A stretch of DNA of 64,000 bases from Octopus vulgaris (Eukaryota), in contig OX597814.1 in the NCBI GenBank assembly GCA_951406725.2, positions 205,654,001 to 205,718,000 of the forward strand, given 5' to 3'. The translations under genes were made by a program, and so were the position numbers. Below, in pieces: positions 26,585-38,469 of this stretch. How positions within the stretch are numbered: the stretch's first letter is position 1; every line of letters begins with the position of its first letter. Below the pieces are notes generated by a model, which was not told the origin of the DNA, did not search any database, and worked only from the letters and a program-made list of their open reading frames with translations.

Positions 26585-27844
26585 GTGCGTGTGCGCGTGT
26601 GTGTGATTTATTATATGCTGACAGGGACATGTATAGTAATATGAACGTGTGTATCTGCGTATATATATATGTTCGCATACATATATATACAATTTATTGT
26701 GTGCCTATATTTATATGTGTGTGCCCTTTCTTTTTGCACATGTAGAACCAACACATCCCTCCAAATTTTTATGGTTTTACCATATCTGTCTCTGCTCAGT
26801 TATCTCCCCTACACTCTGGCCTCTCGAACGTCCTTTTGAAATTCACTCTTTCATCTTTTTAAACACCGCAATTACTTTAATTACTTTAATTGTAATAGTA
26901 ATTATTGCTTCTCTGTTTTTAAACTGAAAGCCGCTCATCGTATGTGTGTATGTATGTATCAACGTGTGTCTGCTTTGTGTCCGTGTGTGTTCCCTACATT
27001 CGCTTGACAACCGATGTTGGCGTGTTTACGTCCCTGTAACATTAGCCCTTCGGCGAAAGAGACCAATTGAAAAAGTATTAGGATTACAAAAAATAAGTCT
27101 GGGAGTCAATTTCTTCAAATAAACCCCCTTTAAGTGGGAACTCAAATGTGGCTGCAGTCAAATGACAATAAGAGAATGTAATAACACACGGACACACACA
27201 CACACACACACAGAGTTACTCTGAGGACATTTAGACCTCATGTAAGGATATTTTTATCCAAAACATACTGGTTTAATAGACTGAATTTTGCAGAGATATT
27301 TCTTCAATGAATATATTATATAAAATATCATAAAACATCAAAAATTATTATCAAATTTGAAAACGGAAAAATCCAATGGACACAAACTTATTAATTAATT
27401 AATTAACCTCTTCACCTACAATTGTTTCATTTCGCATCCAAATTAAATTACAAAATATATATAATATATAAACTTGAAAGGTTATATATTTATATATGTA
27501 ATTTGTATCCATATATTCACACACACAAGATTCTTCACTGTGTGGCATATTTTGCGAACGTATCAGTCGGTAGAGATAATAATTAGAAGGAGATAAGGTG
27601 ATAGTGAATGGATTTAGTTGCATCAGATACATGGGAGGTCTTAATAAGATTGTTGATTCTCTTTAGCTTCAGATTAAGCTGGTCTTTCATAAGAGACATT
27701 CCTCCCGTGACTATCCCATACATTTACTGTGTACAGAGAATCCAGCATCATAATTCCTGATGTATTAACTTTAGGTTGGCTGAGTTTGATATCAGGGAAC
27801 ATTCTCGGCTACTTTTTGTAGGTGAAGCCTTCTTTATGAACCTT

Positions 27845-28150
27845 CTTCCATTCTTTTCTGAATTCTTGAAACAGTTGATGGAGTTACAGACCAATCAGCT
27901 GCTGTCTTACTCACACATTTCTCCATTCTTTTACCAAATTTCAATCTGAGCTCGTTTCTCATGCTTCTTCTTTGTCATTTTTATTTGGCATCTGAAGATG
28001 AATTTGGACATGACTGTCAAGAGAAATGCTTACACAGACAAGATTGAGTTTTCTAGTGTTAAAAATAACATTTTGGAAAATCCAATTTACTAAAAGTAAT
28101 AAGCCTATTTAAATGTGCAGGGGTAACTAAAGCTTCTCAGGTTACTGTGC
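27845..28150 (-). mobile_element. Tc1-like 5' remnant (homologue of 14200-14520)
   Basis: ...SVTPSTVSRIQKR..EEGS HTH peptide; repeated at 47400-47720. Confidence 0.6.
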
Positions 28151-28413
28151 ATGCATGTATATAATTGGGTTATCCGCATGAATGACGTTAACGTATTCTT
28201 TACAGATATAGATTTACAATTTTACGCATATATTTATATATTCCACAAGCACAGGAAATAGTTTACTCCGGTTCAAGCATAGTTTTGACAATACAGTCTG
28301 TCTACCACAACTTGGGTTCTGTTTTGATCAGGAAAGCACAGAGGAAGGTTGTTTTGTTGGTTGAGAAATATCATCGATGCTTTTAAGAAATTGGCTTACT
28401 TTTTGTTTCCCAG

Positions 28414-28457
28414 TATTTGTTGTACGTATATCATTGAAATCAAGAGACTCGCAAAAG
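28414..28457 (+). other. Putative 5'UTR micro-exon D (44 nt) for copy 3
   Basis: tttttgtttcccAG|...cgcaaaag|GTAAGA. Confidence 0.6.
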
Positions 28458-28479
28458 GTAAGAGAATTATTATTTCCTT

Positions 28480-30640
28480 GGTTTAGCAACATGTCAGTGT
28501 TGCGGGAGTAGATCTATGATACAAGACATTCTAACCTTGACCACCACCCTCTCTATTCATATGCATTGTCCACCAAGGTATTTCCTTTCTAAGAATTGAA
28601 GGAATGATTTGAGAGATATTTGGCTGTTATTTTTAGTATTTTGTTTTCTTTGGAGGAGTTTACTGTGAGACGAGGTGTCTGTCTGAGGATAAACCATGAA
28701 TCAATCCGGTTTTCTTTTTCTCTCTGGGGTTGGAATCCCTATAAATGCCTTTCCTTTCCTGTTTGTTATTGTTATTTTTGTGGTTTCACACCTTTTCACC
28801 CAGAAGAAGTCTATGTCTTCTCGTGAAGAAGTTTCTGTGATGTTCATTACTCCTCCTCTCAATATCTCTGTATACTGCTGCCTGGTTCTGGTTAATTTTT
28901 TCTTTTTCTTTTACTGTTTTTCTCTTGGTTATTCTCTTCTGATTTCGAGGTTTCTCACTGACATCTTTTAGCTCCTGTTTGAGAGTGGTCAGTTCGTAAT
29001 TGAATGTTCTCTTTTTGCTATCCCCAAACATCACTTCTATCTCCTTCTTCTCTTCTTCTTGGTGAACTTTTAATACCGTGTCTGGTAGTCTTTTGCTTAC
29101 TTTGATATAGAATTCTCTCTCTTCGAGAGCGTGCTTCGAAATCAAAGTTATTTCTTCTTGAAAATTTTTTAGTCGGGGCACCGCCATGTAGCCCTGACTA
29201 CTATTGCTACTTTCGCAGTAAAATGATTTAGTTGTGGATGCAGATCTTCCATGTATGGTTCCAATCTGACCAAACATCCAACAAAAGGGTTTTGTTTAGC
29301 TCTTCTATAACAATTAATAAATCTGTCCTCAATTCATAAATCCAAGAAAACAAAATGAGTTTTGTGGTTACGGTTTCTTCTCTAACTACAGCTAGAAAGA
29401 ATCTGTTTATCTGTTGAGCTGTTGTTTTTGTTCTGTTCCTTGGTTGTGTTGTTGTTGATGTTGTGTCCAGCCATGTTGTTTGTAGTAAATCTCTGCATGC
29501 TAAATTCAAGTTTCAGTCGAAAATCAATACAATCTTTAATAAAAGGCTCCTTCAGTTAATTCATCTGGAGATTAACCAGTTATTTAACAGGGCTTCAAAG
29601 ATGGAGATACTATTCATCGTATCTTCCATAAATAGTCTTCCATACTGAATACGTGACATGTCACTTCGTGTCTGTGTGTCCACATGTATGTATGTATGTA
29701 TGTATGTATGTATGTATGTATGTATGTATGTATGTGCAGATTTGTATGTTTTATGTATGTATTCTCAAGCACATAGTTACATATCTAGAAATGCTCATAT
29801 ATATTTAATGATAAACTTCTGGAAAGTTTCTCAGACTTTTACAGTTCCAGTGATGGGTCGGATCTGTAGTCTTCAAATTAGCTTTCTCCTCTCTGGTTTT
29901 GAGAAGTCTAATTTCTCTAGATTGGTATTTAGGCATTGTGTAACACATCCCAGAGTCCCAATAATTACAGGTATAAACCTGAACTTGTAATCTGAATAGA
30001 GAAACTGCTGATTTCTCAATAGTTCAGCATAGATACACTCTTTTTCATTGATCTTCAGCTTTATGTTCACATCTGCTGGGCAGCTAATTGCCACAACTGT
30101 ACACAGTTTCTCTTCTCTATCTCAAATCATTCTATCAGGTCTGTTGGGATTACAGTTTATTGTAGTCTACACTGGGACATTCCATCTGTATTCTTTTTTG
30201 TTACGTGTGGCTATGACTTCTACCATACTGTGGATTCTTATTTCATTCTTCTCGGGATTATGCTTACCACGGATTTCATTATAGAGTGTCCTAGCTACAA
30301 CGTCATGTGACATTTACCGTGATGGTATTTTCGGACAACTGCTTAAGGTGTGGGTGATATTTTCACTGTGAACTCCACAAATTCTGCATCGGTTGTCACA
30401 TTTGAATGCTTTACCTACATCTCCATCCCTTTTGTTCATCAGATACTTGTTTGATATTTCCTAATCCTCGATTGCAAACGCATACCCTTCAAAGTGGGAG
30501 ACAGTAATCCCGCTGTGGGTCCATGATAAGCTGCTTTGATGATCGATGTTACTATCAGCACGGAGCTTTCTACTTCTGCTCATATAGGCTCATGCTTTCA
30601 CAACAAAACAACTACACGTCACCATACGATGCCGTTCATG
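28480..30640 (-). mobile_element. R4/Dong LINE 5' and 3' fragments joined at (TATG)n (29685-29735)
   Basis: RLE-domain peptide ISCPADVNIKLKI...FRFIPVIIG; 5' part homologous to 49140-49630. Confidence 0.8.
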
Positions 30641-30724
30641 TGTCTCTGAGTAGAATACCAGCTCACATCACTACACAATCACCCAGTGTCATATATATAT
30701 ATAGGACGGCAATGTTCCAACATA

Positions 30725-31298
30725 TATTCCTTTCTACTCTAGGCATAAGGCCCGAAATTTTGGGGGATGGGACCAGCCGATAAGATCGACCCCAGTAGGC
30801 AATTGGTACTTAATTTATCGACCTCGAAGAATGAAAGGCAAAGTCGACCTCGGCGGAATTTCAACTCAGAACGTAAACACAGTTGAAATACCTATTTCTT
30901 TACTACCTACAAGGGGACACAGAGGGGACAACCAAGGAAGACAAACAGATTACATCGATTATATCGACCCCGTGCGTAACTGGTACTTATTTAATCGACC
31001 CCGAAAGGATGAAAGGCAAAGTAGACATCGGCGGAATTTCAACTCAGAACGTAAACACAGATGAAATACCTATATCTTTACTACCTAGAAGGGGACACAG
31101 AGGGGACAACCAAGGAAGACAAACAGATTAAGTCGATAAGATCGACCCCAGTGCGTAACTGATACTTACTTAATCGAACTCGAAAGGATGAAAGGCAAAG
31201 TTGACCTCGACGGAATTTGAACTCAGAACGTCAAGACAGACGAAATACGGCTACGCATTTCGCCCGGCGTGCTAACGTTTCTACCAGCTCACCGCCTT
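30725..31298 (-). mobile_element. tRNA-derived SINE with three tandem core units
   Basis: Same family as 23762-24160; ~175-bp unit repeated three times. Confidence 0.8.
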
Positions 31299-32915
31299 TG
31301 TTCCAACATATATTATGTAATAAATGTAATATATCTTGACAATTAAAGAATTTAGTAGTCTACTATGTTTCTTACAGAACACCATATTTTGATGTTAGAT
31401 TTACACTGAATGTTTTTAGTCGGTTGTTAAAGACCGAAATTTGTAAGCAACTCCACTGACAATATTTTCGTCATTTTTGCAATTAAATTAATGACATTTA
31501 TAATTATCTCCTTACTTAATTTAGTGAATATTTTGTAAGAATGGAGCTTCATTTATTTGGCATTCACATAAAAAATATATAAAATACGAGCGTATAGCTT
31601 ATTTAATGTTATCATTTAATGTCTAATTTATAGGTCAGTGGGACTTCATTTGTTAGATTCTTCCCCTGAAGAAGGAGCTGCTTTCTAACGAACATACAAA
31701 GCTCCATCATTGGAATGTAGACGACGGACATAACGTCACATTTTAAACCTGAGAAAAGTCTTGCATAGTTTTACTGTTCCATATACAGATTGTATTTGTA
31801 ATGCGTTAATCCATTGATTTCTTGTTCTGAAAATCCAAGCTTATCCACACTGACAGTTAAGCATTTACTTACAAAACGAAGAGCTTTTATCATTATTGGT
31901 TCTTACGTCCTGAGTCCAAATTCCGCTGAAGTCGACTTTACCATTCATCCTTTCGGGGTCGATGAAATAAGTACCAGCCACGCACTGGAGTCGATGCAAC
32001 CGACAAGCCCCTTCCGCGACAAACATTTCAGGCCTATAGTAGAAAGGATTATTATTGGTATAAATGCAATTCGTAATCTGGATATAGAAGCTGGACATTA
32101 CAATGCATTTGTCCATAATTACCTTCTTTGTTTTTGATTTTCAAAGAGATATTCCCATCAGAAGGGCAACCGACCTCTATGACGGAACCTACATTATCTT
32201 GTCTATCCCAGACAGCAATATCTGGCCTGTTATACTTACATTTCACCGATGTTTTGATGTGAATGCTCCACCAGTATTCTTTGGGCTGATATTTGTGTGT
32301 GTTTAATAAGAAGGAGCTCTCTACATTTATTCCAGGAAATGGCATTGTGCATTGTTTATTTCTGGGTGCAAATCACCCAAGTATCATTTCAATCTGTTGA
32401 TTCATCTGTAATATTTAAATTAATCAATATTCAATCCATAACTCCAAGAAAAATGAGGTTTGTGTTTACGGTTTCTGCTCTAACTAAAGCTAGAAAGAAT
32501 CTGTTTATCTGTTGAGCTGTTGTTTTTGTTCTGTTCCTTGGTTGTGTTGTTGTTGTTGTTGATGTTGTGTCCAGCCATGTTGTTTGTAGTAAATCTCTTC
32601 ATGCTAAATTCAAGTTTCAGTCGGAAACCACCCCGATTAGTTAATCCATCTGAAGATGAACGAGTTATTTGATAAGGCTGGTAGTTTTAGCTTCAGAGTT
32701 GGAGACAGTAATCATCGTATTTTCGATGAATAGTCTGCCACATCAAATAGGTGACGTGTCGCTTGGAGTTCGTAAGTATGTATGTATGTATTTAATAAGA
32801 AGGATTTATCTACATTCATTCCAGGAAATGGCATTGTGCCTTATTTATGAGGTTGCTGTGCTCTACTAGAAGTTCCCGAAGTCCATACATACGGTATGAG
32901 TGTGAGACAGGAATA

Positions 32916-33270
32916 TATCAGCTCATCAAATAAGTTCTGTCCGATTTTATCTTTTTTAAAATTGAATGAAATTTAATATTATTATAGAATGTCTATTGGA
33001 ATTTAAAATTATTTTTATGCATTTCTGTACATTTCAACTAATGAAATATTATTTTACAGAATAATAGAATTAAAATTTCTTTCATTAAAACACTTTCTAA
33101 CATGGAAGTATCCAAAGAGCATTTAAAGAACATAATTTATGAGTAGAAAAAAGGAAACTCTGCAGCGGAAGCGACTCGAAACATACACTCAGTTTATGGG
33201 GGAAAATGCTTGAATGAAAGAACTTGCAGAAGATGGTTTGCAAAATTCAGAAGTGGAGATTTCAGCCTAT
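32916..33270 (+). mobile_element. mariner 5' remnant (duplicate of 16619-16972)
   Basis: Near-identical sequence, co-duplicated with the gene unit. Confidence 0.85.
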
Positions 33271-34228
33271 TAAGGAGGCCAAAAGTCAACAATGTGTTGA
33301 AGTATTGAATCAAAAGGATCTAACTCTTTTAATTCAATCCTTTGTCGCCAAATAAACTCAACGTTTTAGAGGGGAGATGGCCTAATTTTTGAATGGCAAG
33401 TTTTTACTGGAGCTGAGGCAACTGAAAAGTGCCAAAGAATCGTTGAAAACAGGGCAAATTGGAAAAACGTGCTTGCAGGGAGCAGTCACTTACCGTGCTT
33501 CATTATTAGCAACGCCACTGGAAGAATGCAAGAGAGACAAAGATTTACATCAGTAAAATGTTTTCAGTAGGAATTTTGCCATTTAATGAGTTTGCTTCGC
33601 TAGAGTTGATCAGAGCGGCTGTAAGAAAGATAACTTTGTTTTTATGTTAAAAGTTATATGAATAACCCAGAACACTGAACGGAGGAGTAGAATATTAGAC
33701 AATAGTGACACTGGGGGACTTTATAAATTCAGTATCTTTTTTTATATTTGCCATTTAAACGCTGGTTATTGCAGATAAAAAAAATCATCTGTTCCATTGT
33801 GGTGTTGAGGAGTTTCACAAACTCGTACAATCAGATGTTAATCGACTGTTAATAAAGAGAACTGTTTTTTACGTCATCTATATTGAAACCTCCGTATTTT
33901 CAGTTCAAATATAACTTGATTCAGTTATGATGCTAATTTTAATACCTTGAACTAGGTAGCATCGAATGCAATAGAACATCTCCTGCAACCGTTGAATAGA
34001 AAATCTCCTGCAACCGTTGAATAGAAAATATTGACCTTGAAACGGGGATATGTTTAACCATAAAAGAGGTACTCGGCAACAGAAAAATGCATTGATTTCT
34101 CAGATACATTGACCACAACACTTATGATTATTTCGTAACATTGCAAATGTCTATGAAATAAAGAAACGGAGTTGAATCTTCATTACTTAATATGCTTTGT
34201 TTTTTCATATTTTTACAGATAACCAAAT

Positions 34229-36451
34229 ATGGCTGCCGTGCAGACGACAATAACAGCAACCAGTTCTCTTATTCTTTCAATCATTCTTATTATCACACTG
34301 ACATCACTAAACATCGATGCGAAGGAACTCGGCAATGATTGTGAAGTTAAAATCCCTCCCAATATCAGTGAGATTTTATTTCGTTTAGTAAAATTAGAAA
34401 AAGAGGTTTTCAATTTTGAAGTCCATTTATCAAACAAGACACTTGATGACCTTCTTAATCCTGTGCCATTGGATTATTTTGCAAATGCGAGGAGTTTTAC
34501 GTGGATTACAGATAAATCAGGCGCTTTAACTCTATATAAAACTTTCCCCTATGATTTTTCAATGCACACTTTTAATATGTTGGACGTCTACGTTGCTAAA
34601 CAAAGGATTGATATCAATATCACTTGTGGAAAACAAAATATTCAGAGACACGATTTAATATATTTGATATTCGACGCATTGAAAAGAATCATATTTATGG
34701 ACAAATTGCAAATGGGAGAATCTGGATACATGTGTTTTTATATAAATTTGTCTCAAGACATGAAGAAGAACAGCCCTGGCACATTTGAAGCTCACAAAAG
34801 AATTGGTATAAATCGAGAACTGTTGAAGAACTATTGCTGTAAACTCTATAAAAATGGAAGCTATTTTTATCACTCCAAATCTATTTGTTCTGGAAAGATT
34901 ATTGAGAATGCTATGTTTCAGAATTTAGCACGTATCGCCGGTGCCGTTTTGTGGGCTATATTACCATTACTCATTAGTTTCGTATCAAAAGCGAAAGTAC
35001 CTTCACATTCCCGTCAACTCAATCTGCCACTGTTTGCTCACGATGAATTCATATTTACAATTAAAAACACATTACCATACAAATCAAAGTGGATCAATGT
35101 AAAACATAATATTTACACATTCTCACATTTTCTGTCTTGGGTATTTTGTTTCCACAATTCCTCTTTCTTTGCCTCAAGACTAAGAAGATTCCTTTGTATT
35201 CTATTTTCACTTTCAGTACTCTTACTGGAACTTTTGATGCATTACTTCTTTTTATATGAAACAATAGAAATTCTTTACCAAGATGGTATACCATTGGGCT
35301 ATCGGGCCCTAATATTAGGAATACCAGAAAGTTACGACAGTACAGATGGCTTCTTTGGGGGTCCGTTTTTGTGCTTCATCGGCTATATATTTTTTAGCTT
35401 TATTCTCTTCGTTCTTCCCAGTCGTTTAAGTGAGACTGTCGCGTATAATGCACTACATCAAAGATCCACTTTCACGTTTCTGATACAAAATATCACATTA
35501 TTAGAGAAGTATGGCAGTTTAAATGTTTCTACACAACAGGATTATGATCTACTCTATGCAATAATGAAAGCTAATGTTTCTACTGCTTTAAACCCAACTT
35601 TCTGGCATTTAATAATTTATACTTGGTTCAAACGTATAAAGAAAATTTGGTTATATTACTACAGGAGAAATATTTTCTGGCAATTCATTGCGCTTTGGCT
35701 CTTTATTTCCATTACAATTTTATTTGCTGTATTTTCTGTCTGTGAATTATTTCTATGCCTCGTTTATTATGGAATCCCATTTGTTTATCTGATTTTAACT
35801 TTACCATTAAGTTATTTCAGAGTTTATATTTTTCCCCTGTATTTGAATCCTAACTATATTTTCAAGATTATTGCTTTCATTTTAACATTCATATCGTTTC
35901 TATGTTTTGTAGTGTGGGGAATTTATTCAATCTATATATTTGCATTAAGTTTTGGTATCGTTTGCGTGTATGTATTTTCAATAACTGTTGCAGTACTTGC
36001 TAAGCCTGATACTGTTGGTGATATATGGTTTGTTTCCATGTTTCTTCTCTATGGTATTGCAATCATAAAAGCTATTCAGAAACAGTATGACTTCATTCTG
36101 CTTGAATCCATAAAGCTCGCCAAAAGTCTTCGTCCAAATTTAGTTCAGTCAAAATATGGGGAAGAATTCATGGATGCCAGTTTGTTCAAGACAATTATTT
36201 ACCATCATTTTCCATTGAGATACGAAATTGGTAAATCCATTGTAAAATTGTTTCTAATCGTAACCTTTTTCTTTGCTTGCAACAATATAATAAGTCGAGA
36301 AGACTTGAACTTATCAGCATTCACAAAGATTACTTTGATATTGATGACGTCTATGATACCTAAATTTTTGTCTATAGTAAATGCAGATCGTAGGTTAACA
36401 ATAACCATGTTAGATAAAATGATCCAAACAATAAACTTATTTGAAGAATGA
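34229..36451 (+). CDS. Uncharacterised multi-pass membrane protein, array copy 3 (740 aa, intact)
   Basis: Long ORF collinear with copy 1; same acceptor-ATG spacing. Confidence 0.92.
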   Translation: MAAVQTTITATSSLILSIILIITLTSLNIDAKELGNDCEVKIPPNISEILFRLVKLEKEVFNFEVHLSNKTLDDLLNPVPLDYFANARSFTWITDKSGALTLYKTFPYDFSMHTFNMLDVYVAKQRIDINITCGKQNIQRHDLIYLIFDALKRIIFMDKLQMGESGYMCFYINLSQDMKKNSPGTFEAHKRIGINRELLKNYCCKLYKNGSYFYHSKSICSGKIIENAMFQNLARIAGAVLWAILPLLISFVSKAKVPSHSRQLNLPLFAHDEFIFTIKNTLPYKSKWINVKHNIYTFSHFLSWVFCFHNSSFFASRLRRFLCILFSLSVLLLELLMHYFFLYETIEILYQDGIPLGYRALILGIPESYDSTDGFFGGPFLCFIGYIFFSFILFVLPSRLSETVAYNALHQRSTFTFLIQNITLLEKYGSLNVSTQQDYDLLYAIMKANVSTALNPTFWHLIIYTWFKRIKKIWLYYYRRNIFWQFIALWLFISITILFAVFSVCELFLCLVYYGIPFVYLILTLPLSYFRVYIFPLYLNPNYIFKIIAFILTFISFLCFVVWGIYSIYIFALSFGIVCVYVFSITVAVLAKPDTVGDIWFVSMFLLYGIAIIKAIQKQYDFILLESIKLAKSLRPNLVQSKYGEEFMDASLFKTIIYHHFPLRYEIGKSIVKLFLIVTFFFACNNIISREDLNLSAFTKITLILMTSMIPKFLSIVNADRRLTITMLDKMIQTINLFEE

Positions 36452-36549
36452 AATACATCACGGAGAAGTTTATCAAGTTATTTGATATTCTTCGATACGA
36501 TGAAAAGTACATAAGTGTGCTTTATGGATTATTAACTACACTGTATAAC

Positions 36550-36648
<99 letters not shown>

Positions 36649-36865
36649 CTTTCTAGTGGAGACATAAACCCTCAAATTTGTGGGGCGTTCACTAGTCGAT
36701 TATATCGACTCCAGTATTTCACTGGTATTTCATTTATCGACTTACATGCACACGCACACGCACATATATACATCTAAATGGACAATCTGAAAAACAATTC
36801 TTCATTGCTTAATATTTTCTTTCTGTCTGGTTTAATCCAGGTTTTGTTTATTTTGTTTCGAATCG

Positions 36866-36871
36866 AATAAA
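36866..36871 (+). terminator. Putative poly(A) signal of copy 3
   Basis: AATAAA in the conserved 3' block (tcgaatcgAATAAAgaatttattttgata). Confidence 0.55.
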
Positions 36872-37940
36872 GAATTTATTTTGATATCGACTATAACGTT
36901 GTTTGTCTTTCTTCTCGGAATCCATGTCTCTGGGCGCTTTGTCATACTTCTCTCAAAGCATTTCCGTATTTGTGTGTGTAAATGAGGGTGTGGTTGTGGG
37001 AGGGTGTGTGTATATGTGTGTATTACTCAAATAGTTGAGACTCATTGTTGGGTCTGTCAAAAGAATTGAAAAATGAACAACCCTCAAAATCAAGAATTTA
37101 AAGGAATTGCAAATGAATGCAAACATGAATTTCAAAGCAAAACGTCACATCTTCTGCATTACTTGCCTACAATTCGACGAGAATTACATTGGAGGAACAG
37201 AAACAAATTTCACCAACCGTGTGAACGTCCTCAAATAGTAAATTAAAAATTCATCTTTTAGAAATTGTCCACGTAATAAACATGTAAACATTTGTGCAAA
37301 TGGAAAATAGAAAATATTCCCTTTTTACAAAATATAAGACGAAAATGTCCAGCTATGAAAGGCACTGCATAAGTCTTCTCAATCTGAAGCTAAACCCGAA
37401 ATCGTCAACCCCATAAACAAAAACAACTTTCTCTACACGCATTACCCCAGAACATGTGTTTTGTAGAAGTTCAACAACGAAAGCGGTTACATACAAAATA
37501 CAGACAAAGGCTTTGTGACATTCTATTCTCTAAATAACTTTTAAACAGTTAATAACTTTCAAAAGTAATGAAAAAAACACTAAAAGAGATTGAGTCAAAC
37601 CCAGACACAATAAAATTTTAGAAGAACTTTCATTAAACATTGGGACAATATCAAGTATATTTAGAAAGACTCTTACACACACACACATACATACACAGAC
37701 ACTGACACACAAGCAAACAAACACACACTCATCAAGAAGACGGTGCTGCTTTATGGCCGCAGTGAAATGATTTAAACAAGTAAAAGAATAAAAGATTATA
37801 TACATATCCTCGGTGCCACAGCCGTTTTTGCCGTCTCCATCCTGAATCCAGCGCATCTCTACATCTAGTAAATACTGTATTTGGAAAATATATTTTCAGA
37901 ACTCCTGTATCCGCCGCCTATGTGAATATCTCGCTCTCAG

Positions 37941-38014
<74 letters not shown>

Positions 38015-38469
38015 TTAAGGATAAAATCTTTATAAGAAATTATCAGTAGTTAGCGTGAAAAACCTCGAATAGGCAGATTGTAACCGAAATGCATTGCGAA
38101 TAAGCCCGCCATTTTCATAGATATGTAAAGATAAACATTCGTACATGCTACGACGAATTCTACGGTTGGCTGTCGGGTATGCTATATTGTGTTTTTTCCT
38201 TACATGTCTTGAGTTCGTTGCACTGAAGAGCATAGAATGCATATTCTGCATTGATTGCGAAATCACAGGTGATATGTAACTAAATTCTGTTTTTAAATGA
38301 CTTGCTTTGAAGTTTTGCATTCGGTACAATTTGTTTATTTTAGTAGTTTTGACTGCAAGTGTCCATCCTAGCGTGCGGTACCTATGAATAATAGTACCCT
38401 CTATATAATATAAATAAATATATATATATATATATGTAAAAAAAACTTAGATGAGTGTTTTTTTTTCTT

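Noticed and set aside
30780-31260. CRISPR-like regularly spaced repeats
   Set aside because: Eukaryotic SINE tandem units with non-unique spacers and no cas genes.
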